NCBI GenBank assembly: GCA_019358935.1
Contig: JAHHIK010000053.1
Coordinates: 1 to 56,399 of the forward strand
Origin: Tolypothrix carrinoi HA7290-LM1
GTDB taxonomy: Bacteria > Cyanobacteriota > Cyanobacteriia > Cyanobacteriales > Nostocaceae
Direction: 5' to 3'
Length of the DNA stretch: 56,399 bases
This document shows positions 1 through 10,894 of this stretch, one piece after another (positions within the stretch are counted from its first letter, which is position 1; each line of letters starts with the position of its first letter). A program made the position numbers and the translations under genes. The notes below the pieces were generated by a model. The model had not been told where the DNA came from. It ran no database searches and worked only from the letters and a program-made list of their open reading frames with translations.

Positions 1-125
1 ATACAAACTTGCCGTCGCCAAGGACGTTCCGTAATTGAATTTTTTGAGCAAGCTATGAAAGCAATGGTCAACCCTGATATGCAAGCACCATCTTTAATAC
101 CTTAACTTTAGGCCTGAATCCTTAC
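1..125 (+). mobile_element. IS66-family element, right end: transposase C-terminus (1..105) and terminal inverted repeat
   Basis: Frame 1 reads IQTCRRQGRSVIEFFEQAMKAMVNPDMQAPSLIP*, typical of IS66 TnpC C-termini. It is followed by ...CCTGAATCCTTAC (113-125), whose reverse complement starts GTAAG like IS66 ends. Confidence 0.8.
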
Positions 126-277
126 CTCACTGTGACGAAGATTTTCAGACACTAATTGCCAACGAGATAGAAAATTTACCTGATAATTGATTCGGTAGGG
201 CGTATTTTTCGCTCCTATACTCTGTATGAAAGCGCAATTTGAGGAGGCTCTGCCTCCTGATACATTATTATCATCAC

Positions 278-478
278 CTACTTTTGATTAACAGAATACT
301 CAACAGAACGGGGATTATCCATCCGCACAGAAGCATCTATAATTTCTAATCCCACGATATTTCCATTTTGGTCGTAATCGAAAATTACCCCTGGTTTTTC
401 TTCATCGCTTTCTTCAATTGGTGCATTACTAAACAAAATTCTTAAAACATCAACTTCAGGGTCATAGGTAATCTTCAT
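278..478 (-). CDS. DUF2283 family protein (putative antitoxin)
   Basis: MKITYDPEVDVLRI...DYDQNGNIVGLEIIDAS pattern; paired with the adjacent DUF4258 gene. Confidence 0.85.
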   Translation of the reverse strand: MKITYDPEVDVLRILFSNAPIEESDEEKPGVIFDYDQNGNIVGLEIIDASVRMDNPRSVEYSVNQK

Positions 479-480
479 AA

Positions 481-735
481 TTATCTCCAGTATTTATCAA
501 TTTTACTCGTGCGATACACAGTTATCACAACTTTGGGGTCAACTTCATCTGCTACGATAACGCGTAGCAAGAAAACTTTACCGCTACCAAATTCAACTTG
601 TGACTGATATACTTTGCGTCCATCTCTTTCAGTCACAATCTGCTGGGGATTGTCTAAAACAGATTCTACCAAGGATAGAGAAATACCTCGTCGTTCCATC
701 TCTGTTTGAGCATGACGAGAAATTTGGTATCTCAT
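481..735 (-). CDS. DUF4258 family protein (putative RelE-like toxin)
   Basis: SRHAQTEMERRGIS...VVITVY pattern; directly upstream of the DUF2283 gene. Confidence 0.8.
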   Translation of the reverse strand: MRYQISRHAQTEMERRGISLSLVESVLDNPQQIVTERDGRKVYQSQVEFGSGKVFLLRVIVADEVDPKVVITVYRTSKIDKYWR

Positions 736-794
736 TTTACTAACTATATATATCCATTGGTCAACATGCCCTAATTACCAATAACTGATAACCA

Positions 795-1469
795 TCAAAC
801 CCAACTTAAGCCTTCAGGTAACTTGAAAGACGAATATTCTAAATGAATCACTCGACGCTGACTAGGGTTTATAGCTTTCAAAGAAGAATGTAAAATCAGC
901 GGACTCATAATTACAGCATCACCAGCCTCAACGTAACAAAAAACCGAATTTTGTTTGTGTTTTATCTGCTCAATCTGACTTGGGCTTAATAAGCCTAGCT
1001 GATGAGATTTTGGAATTACTCTTAAAGCACCATTAGTTTTATCAGCAGCATCTAAATGCAAACGTAAAGTAACTATATTTTGCATGACTTCTATAGGGGG
1101 TTGCACATGAACAACTCCCTCCTTGATTGACCAAGGTTCAAAACCAGCAATCTGAACTTTTTCTTTCACAGCGATAGTTTTATCTTGATGCCAAGATACA
1201 CTCCAATTAGTATTACAGGTTTTATTAAAATAGATAGCCCGTACTAATTTGGGACTGTTATCAAAATACTTGGTTAGACTGTCCTGGATATTTGTCGAAT
1301 AAGCCAAATCATAGATAGCAGGAATTTTGAATTGCAGATGCCTACTTCCGTGAGATGATTCAAATTCAATATTGTTACTGATTTCATTTCTCAAATACTC
1401 AACTTCTTCTAATGAAAGAAGCTGACGTTTTATAGTGTATCCATTTTCGTAATAATCGTTGTAATTCAT
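795..1469 (-). CDS. Phytanoyl-CoA dioxygenase family (PhyH) 2OG-Fe(II) oxygenase
   Basis: WHQD, LHLD...NGALRVIPKSH, LHSS, RRVIHLEY motifs. Confidence 0.85.
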   Translation of the reverse strand: MNYNDYYENGYTIKRQLLSLEEVEYLRNEISNNIEFESSHGSRHLQFKIPAIYDLAYSTNIQDSLTKYFDNSPKLVRAIYFNKTCNTNWSVSWHQDKTIAVKEKVQIAGFEPWSIKEGVVHVQPPIEVMQNIVTLRLHLDAADKTNGALRVIPKSHQLGLLSPSQIEQIKHKQNSVFCYVEAGDAVIMSPLILHSSLKAINPSQRRVIHLEYSSFKLPEGLSWV

Positions 1470-1540
1470 TATTTCTCAACTGCTATATCCCCCACTCTCC
1501 CACTTCCCCACTCTCCCACTCCTCCACTTTGCCACTCCCC

Positions 1541-2428
1541 TCACTCCTTCCTCTCTGCTATCCTCAACTTAGCAGAACGCGATCGCGGATTATTTGCAAG
1601 TTCATCTTCTTGAGCAGTAATTGGCTTTTTTGTCAATACCCGTAAATTAGGTGAATTTCTTAAACCGTGTTTCACCAAACGGTCTTCCAAACTGTGAAAA
1701 CTGATAATGGCAATTCTCCCACCGGGTAAAAGCGCTTCTGGGGCTTTTTCTAAAAACGTTTCTAGAGACTTTAACTCATCGTTAACGACAATGCGTAAAG
1801 CTTGAAACACGCGAGTAGCTGGGTGAATTCTGCCATAACGGTATTTGGGGGGGACAGAATAAGCGATCGCCTCAGCTAACTCTGTCGTCGTCTGAAACGG
1901 ACGTTTTTCGACAATTCGTCTGGCAATGCGTCGCGAAAGTCGTTCCTCACCGTATGTAAAGAAAATATTTGCTAACTCTGTTTCATCCCAATCATTAATC
2001 ACATCAGCAGCCGTTAACGATTGTCCTCGATCCATCCGCATATCCAAAGGAGCGCTGGAGCGAAAACTAAAACCCCGTTCCGCTGTATCGAGATGGTGAG
2101 AGCTAACGCCCAAATCGGCGATAATACCAGAGTAAGTGCTTGCAGGAAATCTGTAAACGGCAAAATTGCTCTTGATGAATTGTATGCGATCGCCAAACTC
2201 CCCTAATTGCTTTTTTGCGGCAATCAAAGCATCCTCATCTTGATCCATTGCGGTCAATTGGGCATCTGGTGCAGCTTCTAAGATTAACCGACTGTGACCC
2301 CCACCACCTACGGTTGCATCTAAATAACGTCCACCAGGATGCACCGCTAAACCCTCAATTACCTCTCGACTTAAAACTGGCACATGAAAAAATTCTTGCG
2401 CCGCCATTTTCTCAATCTGAAGATCCAT
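1541..2428 (-). CDS. rsmH: 16S rRNA (cytosine1402-N4)-methyltransferase
   Basis: [43 protein letters not shown]. Start uncertain (2449, 2428 or 2407). Confidence 0.97.
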   Translation of the reverse strand: MDLQIEKMAAQEFFHVPVLSREVIEGLAVHPGGRYLDATVGGGGHSRLILEAAPDAQLTAMDQDEDALIAAKKQLGEFGDRIQFIKSNFAVYRFPASTYSGIIADLGVSSHHLDTAERGFSFRSSAPLDMRMDRGQSLTAADVINDWDETELANIFFTYGEERLSRRIARRIVEKRPFQTTTELAEAIAYSVPPKYRYGRIHPATRVFQALRIVVNDELKSLETFLEKAPEALLPGGRIAIISFHSLEDRLVKHGLRNSPNLRVLTKKPITAQEDELANNPRSRSAKLRIAERKE

Positions 2429-2653
2429 ATAATTGAATATGTGCAACAAAACTAAACATCAAACACGCATCCGCCGCTACCCTCTTTAACTTACCTTGTA
2501 GGAGCATTTACACGAAGAGTAGTGAGCGATTCATCGCTCAATTTAACGACTGAAGTCGTTACTACGAACCACCAAATTTTTTTTGTTGGCTGATTTGGTA
2601 CTTACGCGGTTCTATTTTAAATTTTCACGCGCAGCAGGGAGAACACTGAATTT

Positions 2654-3838
2654 ATGGCAAGAATCGAAACCCGCACAGAACCGATGGTGCTAAACATGGG
2701 ACCTCACCATCCCTCAATGCACGGGGTAATGCGGTTAATTGTCACCCTAGATGGCGAAGATGTCATCGACTGTGAACCGGTCATCGGCTATCTACACCGG
2801 GGGATGGAAAAAATTGCCGAGAACCGCACTAATATTATGTACGTCCCCTACGTCAGTCGGTGGGACTATGCAGCGGGAATGTTTAACGAAGCTGTCACCG
2901 TCAACGCTCCGGAAAAACTAGCCAATGTTGCCGTTCCCAAACGCGCTAGCTACATCCGCGTCATCATGCTGGAATTGAACCGCATTGCCAACCACTTGCT
3001 GTGGTTTGGTCCATTTTTGGCTGACGTTGGCGCACAAACTCCGTTTTTCTATCAGTTCCGCGAACGCGAGTTGATTTACGATCTGTGGGAAGCTGCTACA
3101 GGTTATCGGATGGTAAATCACAACTACTTCCGGATTGGTGGTGTCGCGGCTGATTTACCCTACGGTTGGATAGATAAATGTTTGGATTTTTGCGACTATT
3201 TTATCCCAAAAGTAGACGAATACGAACGCTTAGTTACCGATAACCCGATTTTCCGCCGTCGTGTTGAGGGTGTTGGTACAATTACTCGCGAAGAAGCAAT
3301 TAACTGGGGACTGTCGGGTCCGATGTTACGCTCTTCTGGGGTGCAGTGGGATTTACGGAAAGTTGACCACTACGAATGTTACGACGATTTCGACTGGGAT
3401 GTGCATTGGGAAACTGCGGGTGATTGCTTCGCTCGTTACGTCGTGCGGATGCGAGAAATGCGCGAATCGGTGAAGATTATTCGTCAAGCGATCGCCAAAC
3501 TTCCTGGCGGACCTTTTGAGAACTTAGAAGCCAAGCGCATGGCTGCTGGTAAAAAATCCGAGTGGGATGCTTTTGATTACCAGTATATTGGCAAGAAAAT
3601 TTCCCCCACCTTCAAGATTCCCAAAGGTGAAATTTACTCCCGCGTCGAAAGCGGTAAAGGTGAACTGGGAATTTATCTCATAGGCGATGATAACGTCTTC
3701 CCTTGGCGGTGGAAAATTCGCGCTGCTGATTTCAACAACGTGCAAATTATACCTCATTTACTGCGAGGCGTGAAGTTAGCAGATATTGTCGTAATTCTCG
3801 GCAGTATTGACATCATCATGGGGTCAGTAGATAGATAG
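2654..3838 (+). CDS. ndhH: NAD(P)H-quinone oxidoreductase subunit H
   Basis: [25 protein letters not shown]-terminal DIIMGSVDR; 394 aa. Confidence 0.98.
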   Translation: MARIETRTEPMVLNMGPHHPSMHGVMRLIVTLDGEDVIDCEPVIGYLHRGMEKIAENRTNIMYVPYVSRWDYAAGMFNEAVTVNAPEKLANVAVPKRASYIRVIMLELNRIANHLLWFGPFLADVGAQTPFFYQFRERELIYDLWEAATGYRMVNHNYFRIGGVAADLPYGWIDKCLDFCDYFIPKVDEYERLVTDNPIFRRRVEGVGTITREEAINWGLSGPMLRSSGVQWDLRKVDHYECYDDFDWDVHWETAGDCFARYVVRMREMRESVKIIRQAIAKLPGGPFENLEAKRMAAGKKSEWDAFDYQYIGKKISPTFKIPKGEIYSRVESGKGELGIYLIGDDNVFPWRWKIRAADFNNVQIIPHLLRGVKLADIVVILGSIDIIMGSVDR

Positions 3839-4256
3839 GCAATAAGCCTCTTTCTCGTTTCTCGTTCCCAGGCTCAAGCCTGGGAACGCAATTATAGGGG
3901 CTGCTGCCTCGTAACTTTTAAAAAAAGTGCAATATTTCAACATTACCCGATTATTGTAATTATATTAGTTCATAAATAAATGTGATTTTCAACACACTCA
4001 AACTGATTATTAAATAATAATTAAAAACAGTGTTTCTGACGGAGATTTTGGGAAAATAATGATAAGTTTATATTTTATTTATATTTTTGCCTTGTAGCTA
4101 TTGTAAATTCTTAATTTTTTCTTTTAAATTTGCCAAAACAGTTAACTGGTAATATGATTGCAGAAAAAATTAATCGCTGTTGTCAGGTAGGGATTTATTT
4201 AGATAGAGGTCTGATAAGTTACCATATAAATTCAAGAATATTTACTGAGCAGTCAT

Positions 4257-4805
4257 TTGGAACCTGTGGAAATTGATTCACATTTCAGATTTGACCCTAG
4301 TTCAAATAGGCATCATGACAGGGGTTTACAACGAGTACTCGATCGCCTTTCTCAAACAATCGAGCGGGATGCGTTAGTTCGACAAACAACGAACCAACTT
4401 AGAGAGTTACTTCAGGTTGATCGGGTGGTTTTGTATTATTTTTATGGAAAGTGGTCCGGACAAGTAACGTTTGAATCTTTGAGCGATCGCTCATTATCAA
4501 TTTTAGGTTCAACCGGACCTGATGATTGTTTTAACAATGAGTATGCTGATATGTATTTAGCAGGAAGAGTAAGAGCGATCGCTGATATAGAATTAGAACC
4601 AATCCAGCCTTGTCACCGAGATTTTCTTCGTAATTTACAAGTTCGCGCTAACCTAGTTGTACCAGTTTTAATTCCCAGAGGTTTATGGGGATTGCTAATA
4701 GCTCATCACTGTCAAGCACCTCGCTCTTGGTTAGCATCAGATATTGAACTGATGCAACAAAAAGCACAAACTCTCGCCACAGCTTCTTGTATTTTAGGAA
4801 GTTAA
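4257..4805 (+). CDS. Single-GAF protein, DXCF-type cyanobacteriochrome-like
   Basis: LQVDRVVLY, DDCF, PCH, QVRANLVVP, LWGLLIAHHC; no output domain. Confidence 0.85.
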   Translation: MEPVEIDSHFRFDPSSNRHHDRGLQRVLDRLSQTIERDALVRQTTNQLRELLQVDRVVLYYFYGKWSGQVTFESLSDRSLSILGSTGPDDCFNNEYADMYLAGRVRAIADIELEPIQPCHRDFLRNLQVRANLVVPVLIPRGLWGLLIAHHCQAPRSWLASDIELMQQKAQTLATASCILGS

Positions 4806-5146
4806 ATGGGGATTAGAGAAAGTCTATTTTTTTGCTTATTAACAGTAATAAAAACACCCCAACCCTCGTAGAGACGTTCCAGCGGAACGTCTTTACAATA
4901 TGTGTGATTTACCATACATTATATTTAGACATTTATAAATGTAGTAAGCACAAAGCGTGCTTAAAATTCTTGATATGAGCGGTTTACCGCTCACTACGAA
5001 TCAAAACATTATTTGACGTTTAATTTCCCACACTTAGTTCGTAAAAAACGCGAAAAGAAAAACATGTTAAATTATTTTACAGGTTTTTGTTTTCAGCTAT
5101 TGGGGTAGGATGAATTTGCGATCGCACGCATACAGGGAGCAAAGCC

Positions 5147-5536
5147 ATGAAATTTGGTTACACAGTTATTTGGGTAGACGACGTAGTTAAAACTGTCGAG
5201 TTTTATGAAAAAGCCTTTGGTTTGGTTCGTCGCACTCTCCGGGAGACGGGCAAGTCTATCTGGGCAGAATTAGAAACGGGTAGCACCACGCTTGCTTTCT
5301 CCTCAAGCAACGAAGCGCAGAAGTTATTTCCCGGTGGCTGTCATCCCAACAATTCCGCACAACCTCCAGCTTCAATTCAACTATCATTCGTCACTCCCGA
5401 CGTTGGTACTGCTTATATGAGAGCAATTGGTGCCGGTGCGAAAGGATTAGATGCACCAAAACCCCAGTCTGGAGGACACACAATCGCTCGCGTGCGCGAT
5501 CCAAATGGTGTGCTTGTATCTTTGGTTAGTGGGTAG
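5147..5536 (+). CDS. VOC/glyoxalase family protein
   Basis: VDDVVKTVEFYEKAFG...VRDPNGVLV. Confidence 0.88.
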   Translation: MKFGYTVIWVDDVVKTVEFYEKAFGLVRRTLRETGKSIWAELETGSTTLAFSSSNEAQKLFPGGCHPNNSAQPPASIQLSFVTPDVGTAYMRAIGAGAKGLDAPKPQSGGHTIARVRDPNGVLVSLVSG

Positions 5537-5812
5537 TGGATAGTGGGAGCGTTGTTAGTAGTTAGTTGTTAGTGGGTAGTTGTTAGTTGTTAGTGGGTAG
5601 TTGTTAGTCGTTAGTGGGTAGTGGTTATTAGAACAATCAACAACCAATAACCATCAACCATCAACGCTCCAACGCTCCAATCATCAACCATTAACCATCA
5701 ACGCTCCAACCATCAACGCTCCAACCATCAACCATCAACTAACCACTATCCACTAACTACTAACCACTAACCACTAACCACTAACAACTAACAACTAACA
5801 ACTATCAACTAA
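5533..5812. repeat. STRR-type heptamer tandem repeats in two inverted blocks between convergent genes
   Basis: (TAGTTGT/TAGTGGG)n followed by (AACCATC/AACCACT/AACAACT)n. Confidence 0.85.
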
Positions 5813-8044
5813 CTAATGACTAATTTGAATTCTCCTTTTGGGGCTAACTTTTGCTACCTGATTTTCAGCACGCGGTTTACCGATAGTGAGCGCGTAGTTA
5901 AGTGCTAACAACCTCAACCACAATGCAGGATTGCGGGTTTCTAGCCAAGGCTGGATTCGCTTGAGGAAGCGGGGAAACCATCGAATGAGTAAAGCGCTAT
6001 TAAGGGCGTAACGACCAAAGTTAAAATAGTTACCCAGCCACCGCATTAAATCTTTTGGTCCTGCAAGTTGCCAAATCCACAGCAACAATGCCGGATTTGT
6101 GCGAGCTGCTTTTAGTGCTAAACGGTTAAAGGTGAACCAATCGCATCTATCTTTAATGAAATTATCTGCCACTTCTAGGGGTTCGTCTGCTAATAACCCA
6201 AAGAAGGTATTTAGCATCGAGTTAATCCGTTGCGGTGGTAAAAATTTCCCTGTGGGAACCATCATTCCTTTGGAAAATAACCAAGTTACGGAAACATTAC
6301 TTTGGTAAGCGCTAATTTGGTTCAGGTGTCGGAAACTGAGCAAATCATGCTTGAGAGCTACATCTAGAAGTGTTGTTAAGCGTTCTAAGTTGCGAACTAA
6401 AGAACCAAAGCCGGTAAATACCAGGGGAGATTGCAGAGAAGCGGCGTCACCGATCGCTAATAATCGATCAAAAGCAACTTTGCGATCGCCATTTCTCACA
6501 CTAAAATATCCCGGTATATATCCAAATGTCGGTTTTTTCCACACCAGCTTATCCATATCGCATCGTCGATACTCTGGCAAAATCGTGAAAAAGTCTTCGT
6601 ACATTTCCAGTATAGAACCGGGATTTTGCCGATTTACTTCGTGGTAATGAAATAAATAAATCGTCAATTCTTCACCTGCTCCGGGAAATAATTCCCAAAT
6701 CAACTGTCTTCCCCGCGAAATATCCCCGTGGCTGTTGAGAACGTCCCCATACTGCGAATCCCACGCTCCAGGCTCAAATCCACCGTCAATTACTGCTCCC
6801 ACCGTTGGACAAACACTGTCAAAAGCCCGACCGCCATTTAATTGCCAAGCGATCGGCGAAGCAGTTCCCATCGCATCCACCAGCACTCGCCCACTAACTT
6901 GCTTTTCAGTTTGACTGGGTAAATGCTTGACATTAATGACTACTTGTGTATTACTAATATCTGCACGGATAAACTCTGTCTCATCCCAGATTTCACCGCC
7001 AGCGGCTTTGAGCTTTTGTCCGCATAATTGCAGCCATTTATCGGAATCCAAGGCTACATTTAGCACTGTGGGAGTGTGCAGTATAGGCGATCGCAATTTC
7101 TCCGGATTATTACCATCAAAAAACTTATTAAATCCGTCTTTGTACTCTCGTGCAATGATAGATTCCACCTCGGCGGGAGTCACCAAACCCAGATTAATCA
7201 AGCTTTGAATTTCATCACGAGAAATATTCCATTCCCGATTCATCCTTCCAAAAGGCAATCTCTCCACTAACAGCACCTTATACCCCAATTGCGCCATCAC
7301 CGCCGCATGAATCGCGCCTAAAGCACCGCCGATGTAGATCAAATCGTAGGTAGGAGAGGAGGAAGACAAGGGAGACAAGGGAGACAAGGGAGACAAGGGA
7401 GACAACGAAGAAATTCCTGTTTGTTCACCTGCTCCCTGCTCCCTGCTCCCTGCTCCCTGCTCCCTGTCCCCAAGTCGTCCCCCTTGTCCCCCTTGTCCCC
7501 CTTGTCCCCCTTGTCCCCCTTGTCCCCCTGTCCCCTCGAAGATTACCTGACGTGGCTGCTTGGGATTACGCACACCTTCGCGCCATCGTTGTTCCCACCA
7601 GTAAGCGCGTTGCAGGTCATATTCACCTTTGGGCATTTTTTGGAAATACTTGACGGTGAGAGGATAATAGGGTGCTAGCGCTTCAAAAATCGATTGTTTG
7701 GATAAATCAATTGGTGGCGGTTCCGGGTAATGGTGGGGAAAGCGGCTTCTGATTTGATTAGTCAAGCTTTGTAAGATTTTCCTTTCATGAGGGAAAGGTT
7801 TATCTCCCCAACGGAAAGCTTTTAAATACGTGGTTCGCTGTACCGACCAGACAAATACAGAAATTTCTGTAAATAATTTTTCGGTAATTGTCGCCTCACC
7901 AGTTGTAGTATGTGGAATCTTTAAACGGAAACCTGAGGGGGTGAGTACTTTTTCCCCAGTATCTAGTTCAAAATCTGCTTGCAACCACTTGCGTACAGCC
8001 GTTGTATCCAAAGTGGGAATTTCTAAATAAAGTATTTGTTTCAT
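5813..8044 (-). CDS. cruA: CruA-type lycopene cyclase (flavin-dependent), with an in-frame repeat insertion at about 7350-7535
   Basis: MKQILYLEIPT N-terminus, YDLIYIGGALG FAD motif, MNREWNISRDE, GDAASLQSPLVFTGFGS. Confidence 0.82.
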   Translation of the reverse strand: MKQILYLEIPTLDTTAVRKWLQADFELDTGEKVLTPSGFRLKIPHTTTGEATITEKLFTEISVFVWSVQRTTYLKAFRWGDKPFPHERKILQSLTNQIRSRFPHHYPEPPPIDLSKQSIFEALAPYYPLTVKYFQKMPKGEYDLQRAYWWEQRWREGVRNPKQPRQVIFEGTGGQGGQGGQGGQGGQGGRLGDREQGAGSREQGAGEQTGISSLSPLSPLSPLSPLSSSSPTYDLIYIGGALGAIHAAVMAQLGYKVLLVERLPFGRMNREWNISRDEIQSLINLGLVTPAEVESIIAREYKDGFNKFFDGNNPEKLRSPILHTPTVLNVALDSDKWLQLCGQKLKAAGGEIWDETEFIRADISNTQVVINVKHLPSQTEKQVSGRVLVDAMGTASPIAWQLNGGRAFDSVCPTVGAVIDGGFEPGAWDSQYGDVLNSHGDISRGRQLIWELFPGAGEELTIYLFHYHEVNRQNPGSILEMYEDFFTILPEYRRCDMDKLVWKKPTFGYIPGYFSVRNGDRKVAFDRLLAIGDAASLQSPLVFTGFGSLVRNLERLTTLLDVALKHDLLSFRHLNQISAYQSNVSVTWLFSKGMMVPTGKFLPPQRINSMLNTFFGLLADEPLEVADNFIKDRCDWFTFNRLALKAARTNPALLLWIWQLAGPKDLMRWLGNYFNFGRYALNSALLIRWFPRFLKRIQPWLETRNPALWLRLLALNYALTIGKPRAENQVAKVSPKRRIQISH

Positions 8045-8204
8045 TTTTCTGACATTTCCGATGAATCTACTCATTAAGACAGATTTAAGAAAGGAAGCAA
8101 TTAAGGTAAACTCCGCCCTATCGGTCGAATAAAGATTCAGTGAAGAAACTTTAATAGTTTGTCAAATTCATTCTTCATTTTGTAATTATCTGTAAACGCA
8201 CGCC

Positions 8205-8438
8205 ATGAATTATCCCATCCCACACAGTCCCCAAGAAATTATTAACTTACGACAAAACCCGGTTGATGAAGAATTAGTTGCAGCTGCGATCGCCGGAGTA
8301 ATTAAAATTGTCCGCTCTCAAGGTCAATCTTTAGAAGAATTAACAGCTCAGGTGTTAGCAGATGACCAAATGCTGGATAAGCAACAACGACGCTGGTTGA
8401 GTCAAGTAGTCGCCCAAGCTTGGGAAACTATCTCATAA
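8205..8438 (+). CDS. Small conserved-looking hypothetical protein
   Basis: 77-aa ORF with normal composition, divergent from cruA. Confidence 0.75.
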   Translation: MNYPIPHSPQEIINLRQNPVDEELVAAAIAGVIKIVRSQGQSLEELTAQVLADDQMLDKQQRRWLSQVVAQAWETIS

Positions 8439-8440
8439 AA

Positions 8441-8638
8441 GATAGCGCTTGCCGATTTCTTCACCGATCTTAAAGATTTTAGTAGTTAGGCTGTCGCTAT
8501 GGTGCGCCTGCATTCCTAAATTGCCAATCACTGCCGTGGGTATGGGAGTGTCGAATGTTTGTCTGGGATTGGCAATTTAGCTACCGTACAGCTCGAACAA
8601 AAGTCAGAAATTTATGTGATAAATCGTAGTCGGCGCAA
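8441..8638 (+). ncRNA. ssaA: 6S RNA (SsaA/SsrS)
   Basis: About 195-nt rod. Closing stem CGATTT..TCAC / GTGA..AAATCG, AT-rich central bubble, GGCTGT/ACAGCT stem, perfect 14-bp CTAAATTGCCAATC/GATTGGCAATTTAG stem. G-U pairs favour the + strand. Confidence 0.8.
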
Positions 8639-8690
8639 AGCGCGCTGTTAGCGAAGCTTTCCCGTAGGGTAGCGCCGACTACAAAGAAAA

Positions 8691-10466
8691 CTAATGCGAC
8701 GAACTACTAGAAGCATTCAGCGCCACTTCAGCTTGTGAATGCAATAACAAACCATATTCCAACCCTTCCACCACCGCATGATAGGAAGCCTCCAAAATGT
8801 TGGTGGAAACTCCTACAGTCGTCCAGCGTTGATGACTATTGCGCGATTCTACTAAAACGCGGGTTTTCGCTGCCGTACCCGTATGTCCGTTAAGAATCCG
8901 CACTTTGTAATCTGTCAATTCAAAAGCGGCAATTTGCGGATAGAAGTTCACCAAAGCTTTGCGTAACGCTGCATCCAAAGCCGCAACCGGTCCGTTACCT
9001 TCCGCCGCTTCGAGAATATCCTTACCGTTGACAGTTACTTTCACTGTCGCTAAAGCACTGGTACTTTCTTTTCCTTCCACTAAGTCACAGTGTACTTGCC
9101 AGCCTTTAATTTCAAAAAATAAAGGACGTTTTTCCAAACCTTCGCGCATCAGCAACTCAAAACTTGCCTCCGCTGCCTCAAATTGATATCCTTCACTCTC
9201 CAAATCTTTCAAGCGTTGGAGAATTTCCCGTGCTTGTGGATTTTGCTTATCTAGTTCAAGTCCAAAACAGCGGGCTTTTGCCAAAACGTTACTCAGTCCA
9301 GCTTGTTCGGAAATGACAATGCGGCGACGATTACCGATTTGTTCTGGCTGAATGTGTTCGTAAGTTAAGGGATTGCGTTCTACTGCTGAAACATGGATAC
9401 CACCTTTATGGGCAAATGCCGATCGCCCGACAAAAGGGGCATGTTCATCAGGTGCTAGATTCACAACTTCGCTGACAAAGCGACTCGCTTCTGTAATTTG
9501 AGATAGCTGGTTTTCTTCTATACAGCTATAACCTAGCTTCAGTTGCAAATTGGGAATCAAAGAACACAAATTAGCGTTACCGCAGCGTTCACCATAACCG
9601 TTAATTGTACCTTGCACCATCCTTGCCCCTGCCATTACAGCAGCTAAAGCGTTAGCAACTGCCGTATCTGAATCATTATGAGTGTGAATGCCAATTTGGG
9701 GAACTGGGAATTGGGAATTGGTAATTGGTAATTGGGAATTGGTAATTGGTAATTGGGAATTGGTAATGGGTAATTGGGCTTTTCCCCTTTCCCCTTTTCC
9801 CTTTCCCCTTTCCCCTGAAGAAAATCCCCATTCTCCATTACCCATTACCCATTCCCTATTCGCCTTTACCACATCTTGAACAATTTGGCTAATTTCGTGT
9901 GGTAAAGTTCCGCCATTAGTATCGCAGAGGACGAGCCATTCAGCACCAGCCGTAGCTGCTGCCTCTAATGTCTGTAAAGCGTATTCCCGATTGTGTTTGT
10001 AGCCATCAAACCAGTGTTCCGCATCGTATATAACGCGACGACCAGAAGCGCGAAGATACTCAATCGTGTCGCGAATCATCGCCAAATTTTCTGCTAAACT
10101 TGTCTTCAGACCTTCTGTGACGTGTAAATCCCAAGACTTACCAAAAATTGTCACCCAGCGAGTACCAGCAGCAAGAATAGCTTGCAGCATTGGCTCATCT
10201 GCCGCATTGGTGTTTGGTCTTCTGGTCGAGCAAAATGCAACAATTTCTGCTACTTTGAGCGGATCTTCTTGTAATTGCCAGAAAAACTGTACATCCTTAG
10301 GATTTGCTCCGGGCCATCCCCCTTCAATAAAGGGTACACCAAGCCGATCCAACCTGCGAGCAATGCGTAGTTTATCTTCTATGGACACTGATAGCCCTTC
10401 GCGTTGAGTGCCATCCCGTAGCGTGGTGTCATAGATCCAAAGTGGGGGTGAGGGATTTTCGGTCAT
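8691..10466 (-). CDS. cimA: Citramalate synthase, with an in-frame STRR insertion at about 9700-9860
   Basis: [53 protein letters not shown]. Confidence 0.92.
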   Translation of the reverse strand: MTENPSPPLWIYDTTLRDGTQREGLSVSIEDKLRIARRLDRLGVPFIEGGWPGANPKDVQFFWQLQEDPLKVAEIVAFCSTRRPNTNAADEPMLQAILAAGTRWVTIFGKSWDLHVTEGLKTSLAENLAMIRDTIEYLRASGRRVIYDAEHWFDGYKHNREYALQTLEAAATAGAEWLVLCDTNGGTLPHEISQIVQDVVKANREWVMGNGEWGFSSGERGKGKGERGKAQLPITNSQLPITNSQLPITNSQFPVPQIGIHTHNDSDTAVANALAAVMAGARMVQGTINGYGERCGNANLCSLIPNLQLKLGYSCIEENQLSQITEASRFVSEVVNLAPDEHAPFVGRSAFAHKGGIHVSAVERNPLTYEHIQPEQIGNRRRIVISEQAGLSNVLAKARCFGLELDKQNPQAREILQRLKDLESEGYQFEAAEASFELLMREGLEKRPLFFEIKGWQVHCDLVEGKESTSALATVKVTVNGKDILEAAEGNGPVAALDAALRKALVNFYPQIAAFELTDYKVRILNGHTGTAAKTRVLVESRNSHQRWTTVGVSTNILEASYHAVVEGLEYGLLLHSQAEVALNASSSSSH

Positions 10467-10536
10467 AAAAGTACAATAGAGACAACTAGAAAAGCGATGT
10501 GCCAATATACAACAAAAAGCCAGTTCGGAAATTTGA

Positions 10537-10879
10537 ATGCCTAAGGTACTAGCTCAAGGTAAAACAATTGAGTGCGAGAAGAAAGCAAACTTACGGAAAG
10601 TTTTGCTGCACAATGGTATTGACCTCTACAATGGCGGCGCATCATTCATAAACTGTCGGGGTATTGGCAGTTGTGGTACTTGTGCCGTCAAAGTAGAACC
10701 AGAAGTGTCAGCGGCTAATTGGCGTGACAATGCCAAGAGCGATCGCGTTGCCTTACCATTCTCCTACATCAAACCTACGTAAGAAAAGCCAAACTCAGGT
10801 TTTAGGCGATGTGAAAGTAACAAAATTTGATGGGTTTTGGGGACAAGGTTCTCAAATAGTGTGGACAGCAGAAGGTTAA
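10537..10879 (+). pseudogene. 2Fe-2S ferredoxin-like protein, frameshifted
   Basis: NCRGIGSCGTC motif. After a frameshift near 10730 the +1 frame continues LPYHSPTSNLRKKSQTQVLGDVKVTKFDGFWGQG...* and lacks the fourth Cys of the usual RLACQ motif. Confidence 0.8.
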
Positions 10880-10894
10880 AAAGGAGATAAAAAC

